The notes under the pieces were generated by a model, which worked only from the letters and a program-made list of their open reading frames with translations, was not told where the DNA came from and ran no database searches. 64,000 nt of DNA from Chiloscyllium plagiosum (Eukaryota): the NCBI RefSeq assembly GCF_004010195.1, contig NC_057719.1, positions 58,898,089 through 58,962,088 on the forward strand, read 5' to 3'. Positions 37,150 through 48,799 of the stretch are shown here, piece after piece. Each line of letters opens with the position of its first letter. The first letter of the stretch is position 1. The position numbers were made by a program, and so were the translations under genes.

Positions 37150-37580
37150 TCACCCAGACCCCTTACCCCCCCAGATCCTAGTCTGACAACCCTCGACAAC
37201 CTGCCCAGCAACAAACACCTGCTCACCTCCCCAAGACCTGACCACTGCCTGCCCAGAACCTGACACCCTCCCCACCCTGGGACATGACCACTACCCACCC
37301 TACCCATGACCTGACACCACCATTTACCCCCTTCCGGGACCTGACTCCCTCCTACTGCAGGACTTGACACCACCATCTGTCCCCTTCCAGGACCTGACTC
37401 CCTCCGACTGTGAGATCTGACACCATCATCCACCCCCTTCCGAAATCTGACTCTCCTACCACGGGATCTGACACCACCAGCTATCTCCTCCTGGGACCTA
37501 ACACCCCAACCCACGGCCTAACGTTCCCACCCTGATCTGCACCTAAACACCCACCCTCAACTTCCGCCAGACCTGAGTGT
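37150..37580. repeat. Degenerate C-rich minisatellite (about 30-bp units)
   Basis: Recurring gacctgac / gatctgacacc / cccttcc motifs. Confidence 0.65.
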
Positions 37581-37734
37581 GTGGGACTTCTTGCTGGAAC
37601 TAATGTGACCCCCTATTTGTAATGCCCCAACCACTGCTGGACCAGAACTGACCCCTAAACACTACCTCTCATTCTGTCCAAAGTTAAAAATCACACAACA
37701 CCAGGTTATAATCCAACAGGTTTAATTGGAAGCA

Positions 37735-37772
37735 TACTAGCTTTCGGAGCGACGCTCCTTCATCAGGTGATT
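37735..37772 (-). ncRNA. Minimal hammerhead ribozyme motif in Penelope terminal-repeat fragment 37680-37775
   Basis: Minus strand CAC-CUGAUGA-A-GGAGC(GUC)GCUCC-GAA-AGCU-A-GUA: intact core, perfect stem II, palindromic AGCU stem III. Confidence 0.65.
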
Positions 37773-38414
37773 GTGACAGCTCCGACTCCCAGTATCCCCC
37801 CTTCTCCTGCTGCCAGATCTGACCATCCATTCCCCTTGGACTGGCTGTCTGACCTGACCCACTCTAGCATACAGCAGCTGACTGCTGTGAGAAGGGAATG
37901 TGGGTTGCCTTTCTCTGACAGTTCTGACCTATGTATGATCTCCCAGAATGGAAGTTTAACTCTGCATTTCTGAAGGACTTCCAAGTAGAATCTCCTCTGG
38001 ATAATGGGGAACTCTTTTTTTTATAGAACAGCAGCTTAAGCATGGTAATCTGCTTAAGATTGGTACTTACAAGAAAATTATTTATTCTGTTTCTCTCCCT
38101 GTTACTGTCGCTGCCTAACCTGCTGAGGGTTTTATTCTCAGCATTTTCTGCCTTTATTTCAGATTTCCAGCATCTGCAGTTTTCTGGTTTTTGTTTGACT
38201 TGATGGTAATTGGTTAGTTCCCAGCAGTTTTCTTGAGTGAATGGTAAAGCTGTTCAGTTCAAATTATTTACCTGGATGGCTGTGGTTGATTTTGCGTAAT
38301 TCTATTTTGCTCCAAGTATAATTTTGGGTTTAGGTCATATTCATACAATGAAAATGCATGCAAATAAATTGTATCCAGAGTATTGTTGGAATCGTACAAA
38401 AATCAGGGCACCTC

Positions 38415-39490
38415 AGAAATATCCACCTCTTTCCTGAACCGAAGATTCTCCTCCACCAAGAGAGCCCTTAACTGTGTTTAACACATCTCCCGCACTTTGG
38501 CTCTCACCCCCTCTTCTTCCCCTGGCCCTCACTTTCCACCCCACCAGCATTCACATCTGAAGAGCATAAGCTGCCATTTGCGACACCTCCGTGACCAGAC
38601 ACATGTCTCCCACCCTTCCCCGGTCAGCCTTCTGCAGGGATGTTTTCCCTCTTGAACATCCTGCTCCACTCCTCCTCTGCTCCCAACACCTCCATGGATG
38701 TTCCCATGCAATCGCAGAAGGTTTAACATCTACCTATTTACTTCTTCCCTCCTTACCATCCAAGGCCCCAGATACACCCTCCAGGTGAAACTGTGATTCA
38801 CCTTCCAGGTGAATCTAGTCTACTGTATTCACTGCTCACAATGTGTTCTCCTGTACATTGGGGAGACAAATGCAGACTGTGTGACCACTTTGCAGAACAT
38901 CTACAGTCTGTCTGCAAAAATGACCCTCAGCTTCCAGTTGCCTACCACTTCAACATACAACCCCGTTCCCTGGCCAACATCTCTGTCTCGAGCTTGCTGC
39001 AATGCTCCAGTGAACCTTAGCACAATCTGGAAGAACAGCACCTCTTTTGTCCACTTGGGGACCCTGCAGCCTTCAGGACTCAATATCGAGTTCAATATTG
39101 TTAAGGTCTGAACACCTTCTTTAGCTATTTCCATTCACCATGACCTGTTGTCACATGGCCTGCTTTCAGCACAGCCAACCCATTTATGGTCCCCATTAGT
39201 AGCTCTTCTATCTCCTTGTATTATTATTATCCACCTCTTTGCTTAACTATGCGTCTCACTCTCTCTCCCTCTGGCCTAGACTTCACCTATTGCTTACTCC
39301 TTATAAACCGTCTCCCCAGCGTCAGCATATACACTACCGTTTTCAAACTACCATAAGTTCAGAAAAAGGATTACTGGACCTGAAATGTTAACTCTGCTTT
39401 CTCTCCACAGATGCTGCCCAATCTGCTGAGTTTCTCCTGTAATTTTGGTTTTTGTTTCACATTTCCAGTATTGGAGTTCTTTGTTTTTTT
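38415..39490 (+). mobile_element. Penelope-like element 3' part (GIY-YIG endonuclease plus terminal repeat)
   Basis: NLVYCIHCSQCVLLYIGET...LGTLQPSGLNIEF; terminal repeat about 39355-39490. Confidence 0.8.
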
Positions 39491-40149
39491 AAAACATATT
39501 TGATATTTTCATTGCTCTAAAAGTATTTATTAATATGTGTAGTAAAATAGTGCAGTTTTTTAAAAATACGTTTGAAAGTTGGTTTACCTCAAAAAAAACT
39601 TAAGATTTATAAAGATGTCTATTTTGCTCTGTGAGCATCATTTGATGTTATATCACAAAAACAAGGCCTCGAACTATATTGAGTCATTTACTCATTGCGT
39701 AAGTGTACAGGGTGTTGTCCATTCCTTAGTGAATGGAATATTTTTTGTCATAAAAATCAGTATTAAATTCTGCATGTTAAAAAAAGATTGCAAAATGGGT
39801 GAGTCTCGTCAACCAGTGCAGTCAGTGGAAACTCACATTGGCAGCACAAAAGCACGGCCTGCTTTGTGAGTGAAGTCTGATCCATACAAATTGAATTTTA
39901 AACCAGTGCAAAGCATTATGGCAAAACCCTAAATTACGTGTTCTTTTAACTCATATCTTTAAAATTCCTTGATCTTTTGATCTGATTCGCCTGATTGCAC
40001 TGCATTCTGAGAACAGAACTATGAAAAGAAGCAGAAACACAGGGCGAAACTTGAAAGTCTGTGAGGGAAAACTGCAAAGAAGAAGAAAAAGCAAAAAAGA
40101 AATTAATGATATTATTGGTATGTTTCATGATTGTATTTGTTTGTGGCAG

Positions 40150-40232
40150 ATCCATAATCTGACAAGAGCATTGAAAGATATAACATGCGCTATTCACCTC
40201 CAGCCTCAAATACATTACTTCTACCTATTAAG
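40150..40232 (+). CDS. TTC6: TTC6 internal coding exon C
   Basis: tttgtggcag acceptor, GTGAGA donor. IHNLTRALKDITCAIHLQPQIHYFYLL(R); the AIHLQP motif matches vertebrate TTC6 as I recall it. 83 nt. Confidence 0.9.
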
Positions 40233-40589
40233 GTGAGAATGAATGTCACTCTTTTTTGTAACAATGTCTTCATAATGCTATGAAGAAAATCAATAACTTA
40301 ATCAGATCTTTATAAATGCAGCCATGTCCTAACTTGTCAAAGCAAGAATTTTAATACACGTCATGTATATTCACATTGACATTATGATCTCACATTCAGA
40401 TTTGCATTTGGTACCAGCCAACTCTTTTTCCACTCACTCAGTGTGGGTTTACACTGTGTTGAGATGGGGAAGAATAGCCCTATGAATGGAATCTTATAGG
40501 GATCCAAGTTACATGAGGTGTTGTGAAACCTATGGTAGAATTGGATGAGAAATTATGTGTTCTTTTAACTCATATCTTTAAAATTCCTC

Positions 40590-41960
40590 CAAACATTTTC
40601 TCCAAAAAGTGGAAGGCTCCACTTTTGTCCCACGTTTTATAATTAGGGTGAGTGGCGGGGGGAGATTCTCGCTAGGAAACTCAACATGGAAATCAGAGTG
40701 GATGCTTGGTGAATTCAGCTCGCCACTTACACAACATGGAAATCCACAGAGTATGTCCAAACTACATCTGAGGGCACAATCAAAGGGTACAACCTGCTTA
40801 CACAACTCCTCACAACCATCATGGCACCTCTCCAATACACTGGCAGGATACTTTGGAAGCACAGATTTACGTTGCAGGGTGCACCAGCCAGTACCATTGA
40901 AAACCTTATGTTGGGACACTGTGTGCCAGAACAGGCATCCAGCTGACAGATTGGATCCAGCTTTATCTGAGGATTGTCCACTTGTTTTCTCGGTGCTCAC
41001 TCAGCACCTACCTGTTTTCTCATAGTATCAGTGCCTCGTCATGCCAATTAGTGCATTACACAACTAGGTAGTTTGCCTCATTGGTTAGCAGTCCTCAGTC
41101 AAGTGGGCATACATCTTGCTATAAGGCAGTGTATTACATCAATTCCACACCTACACCATGAGCTAGGGGCTTTACGTGGCAAACACACTGCGTACACAGC
41201 AAGCAAGCAGCCACTTCTCAATGTCTTAAGGAGGTAGACTTCACTGAAATCCACAGAGGCATTCTCCATCCAGGGTACTGGTCAGTAAGTCAAGGATATT
41301 CTCCCAAACCAGTCCAGGGGATTGGTCGAAGCCAGGCATCCACCTTAAATGTCTGGTTAAGTCCCTGAAGAGAACAGGCTAAGGTCAATCTGTAGGGATT
41401 ATCTCCACAAACTAAAGGGAAAAGGGAGATGCAAGGGTGATGAGGACGACAGAGTTAGATTGAGGCTAAGGTAGCAGAGAGAAGAGCATGTTGCTTACGC
41501 TGGGTGCAGTGGAGAAAATCATTGACCATCCTATGGCATGGCTGGCCATTCCTCTAAACCATGGGATAACACTGACCTGGTGGTGACATCACACCAGGCT
41601 GCCCAAGATCTGGTGTCATGGCCTCCTTTTCCAGTTCTCCAGGAAAAAGTCTCCTTTCCTTTGCATCAACTCTTTGATCAGGACCTCCAGGTCTCTGTCG
41701 GAGAATTGTGATGCTAGCTTACCTTTTCATTGTCGGTGCTTGTAGGTACACAGTGGCCTTTTAAAGATGGTGACAGTGCACTTTATGCTGGTCTTAGGTG
41801 GCTATGCACTGAGTGGTGACTTGTCCTGGGAATGGCATGTGGTAAGATTTGGCCAGAATCTGGCATGAGGGATGCTATACAAGTGGGATAAATAGTTAAT
41901 GAGATAAGTTTGAGAAGATACAATGAGAAATCTTGCTAGCTGTCAAGGTGGAAATCTCTC
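40590..41960 (-). mobile_element. Decayed Harbinger Myb/SANT-like ORF remnant
   Basis: Minus strand KGKLASQFSDRDLEVLIKELMQRK (about 41655-41727) and PCHRMVND (about 41520-41545), resembling Harbinger/NAIF1-type trihelix motifs. Confidence 0.5.
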
Positions 41961-42944
41961 CAAAAAACTTGACATAACTCAGAGTTAGCCAAAAATCAAA
42001 AGATGAAGCTCAATGTCTCTGTTGTTATCGTTTACCTGGTATACTTGGAGCATGTATCCTTCTTTTAAGATACCATAACCACATTGGATTTCAATTGAGT
42101 TTAAGCCAACCTGCTATAGATTAATTGCTTGTTTATGTAACTTTTCAACAAAATATTTCTGCAGTTTGCTTTCTAGCCACATGATGGCGACTGCAGCAAA
42201 AAATTATTTTCACTGTTTGCATTGCAATAAGAACAATCAGACGTTTCATCTTCTATGCTCGACAGAGTGTAAACAAGTCGGAGGTTGTTTAACTTGCACA
42301 AATAATGATATGCTCAAAGCACAATACTGCAGAGATCTTTATTAATTTCAGACTATTGGGTTGATAAACATGAAGCTGCTGCATGAACTATGCTGTGGCT
42401 CATTGTGTAAAATCACAGCAGCAATCACCAACTTTGATTTTTATAAAGCTTTTAATGTAACATAACATCCTAAGATGCTTCACAATGGCCAAAACACTGA
42501 ATGTTTTCAAGAAGGAAATAGAGACATTTCTTAGGGCTAAAGGGGTCAAAGGTTATGGGAAGGAAGTGGGGATAGACGAGTGAGTTGGATCATCAGTCAT
42601 TATCATATTGAATGGCAGAACAAACTCAGAAGGCCAAATGGCCTAGTCCTGTCCCTATAGTCTATGCTTCTGTTATAAAGTGAAATATAACACCGAACCA
42701 CATGAGGTGACAATAGGTCAAATGGCAAATAGCTTGGTCAAAGAGATAGATTTTGGGGATAATCTTAAAGTAGGAAAGTGAGGTTGAGAGGTTTAGTAAA
42801 GGACTTGGGGTTTGGGCAGCTGCTGACAAGGCCATTCATGATGGAGCAATTCCATTAAGGAATGCTCAAGAAACTAGAATTATAAGCACAGATAATTAGA
42901 GGCTAATGATCGCAACAATTTACTGAGGTAGGGATGACAGTGGT

Positions 42945-45565
42945 GAAAGTGGGGACTGCAGATGCTGGAGATTCGAGTCAAGTGTGTGGTGCTGGAAAAG
43001 CACAGCAGGTCAGGCAGTATCCGAGGAGCAGGAGAGTCAACATTTCGGACAAACGCCCTTCATCAGGAACGAGGCAATGAACCGAGGGGGTGGTGAGATA
43101 AATGGGAGGGAGGTAGGACTGGGGGGAAGGTAGCTGAGAGTGCAATAGGTAGATGGAGTTAGGGGTAATGGTGATAGGTCAGAGAGGAGGGTGGAGCAGA
43201 TGGGTGGGAAGGAAGATGGACAGGTGGGACAGGTCATGAGGGCGGTGCAGAGCTGGAAGGGTGGAACTGGGATAAGGTGGGAGGAAGAGAAATGAGGAAA
43301 CTGGTGAAATTGACATTGATGGCCTGGGGTTGGAGGGTCTTGAGGTGGAAGATGAGGCGTTCTTGCTCCAGGCATCGGGTGGTTAGGAAGTGGTGCTGGA
43401 GGAAGCCCAGGACCTGCATGTCCTTGGCAGAGTGGGAAGGGGAGTTGAAGTGTTCGGCCAGGGGGCAGTGGGGTTGGTTGGTTGCTCTGTGAGTAGGCGT
43501 CCTGTCTCCCTGATGTAGAGGAGATCGCATTGGGAGCAACGGATGCAGTAAATGACATGTGTGGAAGTGCAGATGAAACTTTGATGGATGTGGAAGGCTC
43601 CTTTGGGGCCTTGGACGGAGGTGAAGGGGGAGCTTTGGAAGCAGATTTTGCAATTCCTGCAGTGCCAGGGGAAGGGACCGTGAGGGAATGGTGGATTATT
43701 CAGGGTGTGGACTTGTGGAGGGAGTCATGGAGGGGACAATCTTTATGGAAAGTGGGTAGGGGTGAGGAGGGAAATATATCTGTGGGGATGGGGTCTGTTT
43801 GGAGGTGGCAGAAATGGCAGAGGACGATGCAATGTACACGGAGGTTGGTAAGTTGGATGGTGACGACTAGGGAGTTTCTGTCCTTGTTGCGGAAGTGGAT
43901 GAGATGCACTGGAGGGCATCATCAACCATGTGGGAAGGGAAATTGCGGTCTTTAAAGAAGGAGGCCATCTGGTGTGTTGTGTAGTGGAACTGGTCCTCCT
44001 GGAAGCAGATGTGGCGGAGGCAGAGGAATTGGGAAAAAGGGATAGCAGTTTTACAGGAGGCAGAGTGGGAGGAGGTGTAGTCCAGATAAATGGGGGAGTT
44101 GGTGGGTTTGTAGAAGATGTCACCGTTGATGGAGATAGAGAGATCCAGGAAGGGGAGGGAGGTGTCTGAGATGGTCCAGGTGAACTTAAGGTCGGGGTGG
44201 AATGTATTGGTGAAGTTGGTGAACTGTTCAACCTTCTCATGGGAGCACGAGGTGCCTCTGATGCAGTCATCAATGTAGCGGAGGAAGAGGTGGGGAATGA
44301 TGTTGGTGCAACAATGGAAGATAGATGGTTCCATTTAACTGATGAAAAGACAGGCATAGCTGGCGCCCATGCGGGTGCCCTTTCATCTGGAGGAAGTGGG
44401 AGGATTCAAAGGGGAAATTATGGAGTGTGAGGACCAGTTCAGCCAAACAAATGAGAGTGTCAGTGGAAGGGTACTGGTGGACGTCGGGAGAGGAAGAAAC
44501 TGAGGGCTTGGAGAACCTGCTCATGGGTGGATGGAGGTGTAAAGGGACTGGATATCCATGGTGAAGATGTGGCATTGGGTACCAGAGAAATGAAAATCTT
44601 GGAGGATGTGGAGGGTGTAGGTGGTGTCCTGAACATAGGTGGGGTGTTCCTGGACCGGGGGGGATAGGACAGTTTTAGGTGGACATGAGTTTGGTGAGGC
44701 AGGAGCAAGCTGAGACAATGGGTTGGCCGGGGTGGTCAGGCTTGTGGATCTTGGGAAGGTGGTAGAACTGGGTGGTGTGGCGTTCCCGAACTGAGGTTGG
44801 AAGCTGTGGGTGGGAGATCCCCTGAAGTGAAGAGATTGTGTATGATCTGTGAGATGATGATTTGGTAATGGGAGGTGAGGTCATGGTCAAGGGGGCAGTA
44901 GGAGGAGATGTCTCCGAATTGGTGTCTAGTTTCAGCGATGCAGAGGTCAGTGCGTCAAATTACCACTGTGCCACCACCCCCCCCCCAACCCCGTCAGCTG
45001 GTTTGATGGTGAGGTTGGGGTCGCGTGAAGGTGTGTACGGCTGCGCATTGTGAGTACGAGAGGTTGGAGTGGGTGAGAGGGGTGGACAGTTTGAGGCAGT
45101 CAATGTCCCAGCGGCAATTGGAAATAAAGAGATTGAGGGCGGGTAATAGACCGGCACGGGGTGTCCAGGTGGATAGGGTGTGTTGGAGGTGGGCGAAGGG
45201 GTCTCCAGAAGGTGGGCAGGAGTTTTGATTGAAAAAGTAAGCTCGGAGACGGAGGCGACAGAAAAAGTGTTCAACGTCACAACGCGTTTTGAATTTGTTG
45301 ATCTGGGAGCAGAGGGAGATGAAGGTAAAGCCTTTACCGAGCACTGATCGTTCATCCTCAGTGAGGAGCAGGTCTTGGGGAGATGATGTAAACTCGGTAG
45401 GGCCTGGAGCTAGGACCTAGTATAGGGCTGGAGCTGGGACAGAGGGTGGAGACTGTAACTGGAGTGGGCATGGTAGTAGAGTTGCGGGGGGTGACGTCAT
45501 TTAGAGAAGTGGCACTCACAGGGGGCATCGTGTGGCAGAGGTGGTTACTGTGGGATCCGCGGGGG
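42945..45565 (-). mobile_element. Penelope-like element, longest copy in the window (disrupted ORF: RT plus GIY-YIG)
   Basis: LGKGFTF, IKPAD, LPKIHKP, TMDIQSLYTSI, FLRYIDDCI, LPFLDLSI, YKPTN, EHFNSPSH; terminal repeat 42945-43075. Confidence 0.85.
43035..43070 (-). ncRNA. Minimal hammerhead ribozyme motif
   Basis: Minus strand GUUC-CUGAUGA-A-GGGC(GUUU)GUCC-GAA-AUGU-U-GACU. Confidence 0.55.
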
Positions 45566-46212
45566 GATGAGCAATGCCAATGAAACAGTTTTGAACCCAA
45601 AAATGAGGCTTTAAGCTAAAGGCTTTGACTTAACTGAACATGTCAATTGACATGAGGTGATGTTTGAAATATATTTGGATGGCAGTGAGGAGAATGTCAG
45701 AAGCTGGCCAAAAATGCACTGGAATAGTTAAATTTACAAGTAACAAAAACACAAATGATAGTTTCAGCAACAAGTGAGCTGAGGTACAATCTCAACTCGA
45801 TGATGTTACTGTGGGGATGTTAATGTCTAACTATTGTTACTAATGGTACTGTGCAAGCCAGATCCCAGAATGAAATCTGATTTGAAAGTCTTTTTTGTTT
45901 CTTAAAGCTATGTTAATCCATTCAAAATAAAAATTGTTCTTTGCAGTCCTAGCCTGTATCACAAAGTAAAAATGATAAATTAGAAACTTTAAGTATCAGA
46001 ACTATGTTGCTAAAAATAATAATTCTATTTATGAAATAGTGTAGCTTTTGTATCATTGGTGGTTCATGTGAAATGGTATTGCATGGTATTGCAGGCTATT
46101 TTCTAACAAGAAGAAAAATATTTATTTACAAGTATTACATGAAGACACACCTATTGAATTAAATGCTGTTTCATAATCTAATACATTTTTCTTAATTCAT
46201 TTTTCATTAAAG

Positions 46213-46289
46213 AGGACAATATCTGTATGAAATGAAAAATTTCGAACTTGCCAGTTTTTGTATCCAATATTCTGCTGAGATCAATCAAG
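46213..46289 (+). CDS. TTC6: TTC6 internal coding exon D
   Basis: ttttcattaaag acceptor, GTAATG donor. (R)GQYLYEMKNFELASFCIQYSAEINQ. 77 nt; phases fit both neighbours. Confidence 0.88.
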
Positions 46290-47165
46290 GTAATGTTTTC
46301 ATACAAAAATCAAACACTTAAAATGTGCTGCAAGATATTTAATTTTGGAAAAATTAGTAAAGGCAGGTATAATTAGTTTTGAGTTAGTTGTGTACAAATT
46401 AAATTATATTGATGAGGAACCAGCTGACATATTTGAGTTGTTCAATTGTCTGTTCTAATTTATTAACATATCTATATATTTAGAAGTTTGATATATGAAA
46501 ATAATTGTATAATTGATATTTATAGTTACATCCTCATAATTTGTATTATAATTGAATAGACATTTTTAAAAATTGCAACCACTTCATTAATCAGGACATT
46601 TTTAGAGGATATGCATTGACCACTCATTTTGGAGGCACAGTCGTAAGTTCAAGAATTATTGAAACATTCTAAAGGAATCATTCAATCTGTTACTAATACC
46701 ATTTGCCTAGCATCTTACCAATAAAATTACATCATTTGTACTAATTGTGTTAATGGTGTTAATAGTATTGACCGAATAAAACAATTTAGCAACTGAAGGG
46801 AATGGAATTGAGAACTCACTGCCTTAAAATGCTGAGTCTGGGAACAGATGATCTGTGTGATACCATCTGACTCACAAACCAGGAGATGCAGTTCTGATCC
46901 TGATGGGGCATTTGGAAATGAATGTTGATCTCTTTCATTGTTTTCTAACTTAATTTTGTCTGGACAGAGATGTCAGTGATTTACATATATGGTGCATCAT
47001 TTGATTGCTTTAAAATGTAATAAATAATCTAATATTGTTAAAAATATGCAAATCAAAAGTTTCTATGTGTAGAATTATTGGGCTTAATTCAAGTCTAATT
47101 TCCTAGGAGAGAAATTCATTGGAATTAAATATGGAACTGGCTGTTACTGTTCTTTGACTTTTATA

Positions 47166-47262
47166 GTGTTAATCCAATTTTACATCCAATCCATGTGATG
47201 GATCCATGTGTTAATCCAACATTGCATCCAATCCATGGGATAGATCCATGTGTTAATCCAAC
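47166..47262. repeat. 42-bp tandem repeat, about 2.3 copies
   Basis: gtgttaatccaa starts at 47166, 47208 and 47250. Confidence 0.85.
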
Positions 47263-47626
47263 CTTGCTCTGCATGCTTCATATTTAGAGAAAATTTGCAT
47301 ATTAAAACAAATTAATGCTCGCTAGACATTTCCAAAAGTTAAGAGAACAGAAAATACACAGAATGTCAAGCAGCACCTGTTTTCACTGTTAAATCTTCTC
47401 ATATGCTGCCTGACCTGCCAGCCATTTCCACCAGCTCCTGTTTGTGTTTCAGGTTTCCAGCATCAATAGTATCTTGTTTCTGTATTTTGGATTCTCCGAA
47501 GTTGAAATATCTTGGAATATTTATGTTATTCAGTTGTATTTGGTATATGTCTTTGTAACAGATCTCTTTATCGAGCTTTTATGACCTTTCATTAACCTTT
47601 CTTTTATGGTTTGTTTGCTGGAACAG

Positions 47627-47775
47627 CTTCTGATTCCTCTCCAGTTCAGCAAGCCACTGTACAAGTTTTTCTGAAAAATTATGACAAAGCTATAGAGAAC
47701 TTGAACGGAATGGAAAAAACATCACCACTGTTAACTTTACTTGGGAAAAGCCAAATGAAAGCTGGCAAACATGAG
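47627..47775 (+). CDS. TTC6: TTC6 internal coding exon E
   Basis: ggaacag acceptor, GTAATG donor. (A)SDSSPVQQATVQVFLKNYDKAIENLNGMEKTSPLLTLLGKSQMKAGKHE. 149 nt. Confidence 0.88.
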
Positions 47776-48168
47776 GTAATGCATATTTCTGAAAAATATT
47801 TCTCAAAATGACATATAGTCTAGGTTATGTCAACATTGAATAATGCATGTATTCATGTGCTGGTGAAGGGGTAAAATTTGGGGCATGTGTAATGAGTCTA
47901 GAAAATGGCTCCATTGTACACATTTCGGACTATAATGGATTGTGTGCATCAAGTCTGGAGAGATATATATTTACAGAATCATAGATTTTCAACAGTGCAG
48001 AAAGATGCTTTTTAGCTCAAGAAAGATTTTACTAGACATACTTGCACTGCCTGTAACCCATAGTCCTGGAAATTCTTTTTTCAATTACTTAGTGTTTAAT
48101 AAAGGGTCATCAATACTTACTTGCTTTTTGTACTTGTTGCCTCTCTTTATAGAGTGCAAAGATTCTTG

Positions 48169-48334
48169 AACAAAAACAAAAGTTGCTGGAAAAGCTCAGC
48201 AGGTCTGGCAGCATCTGTGCAGAGAAATCAGAGTTCATGTTTTGGGTCCAGTGACCCTTCCTCAGAACTGGAGAAGAGTCACTGGACCAGAAATGTTAAC
48301 TCTGATTTCTCTCCACAGATACTGCCAGACCTGC
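48169..48334. mobile_element. Palindromic Penelope terminal-repeat remnant
   Basis: gcaggtctggcagcatctgtg...cttcctcag and ctggagaag...cacagatactgccagacctgc are inverted arms centred near 48266; both hammerhead cores mutated. Confidence 0.7.
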
Positions 48335-48799
48335 AAGAACGCAGCTCATCATCAGCTTCTCATGGGCAATTTGGGTAATGAGCAATAAACGCTAGCCTAG
48401 TCAGCAATCTCATGAAAAAATAAATGAAAAGAATGAACACATTCCCATGAAAACATCTTCTCTCTCATCCAACAATCACAGATTCAGTCCGAGTCTTTGT
48501 AATAGGAGCAAAATCATTAATCTGTTAATGTTCTGTACCTACTTACAGTTAAATACAACTAATACCATCCTAACTGCATTCTGAAACAAGGTAACATTTT
48601 AACCAATTTATACGCTGAAATACAAGCACTGATTCACTAATGTCCTTGAGGGAAGGAATCTGCCAACTTTACCTCACCTGGCCAATATGTGACTCCAGAC
48701 CCACAGCCATGTGTTTAACTGCCTTTTGGGTAGTTAGGGATGGGCAATAAATGCTGGCTTGGCCAACGATGCCCTCATCCCCTGAATGAGTAAACTAAA

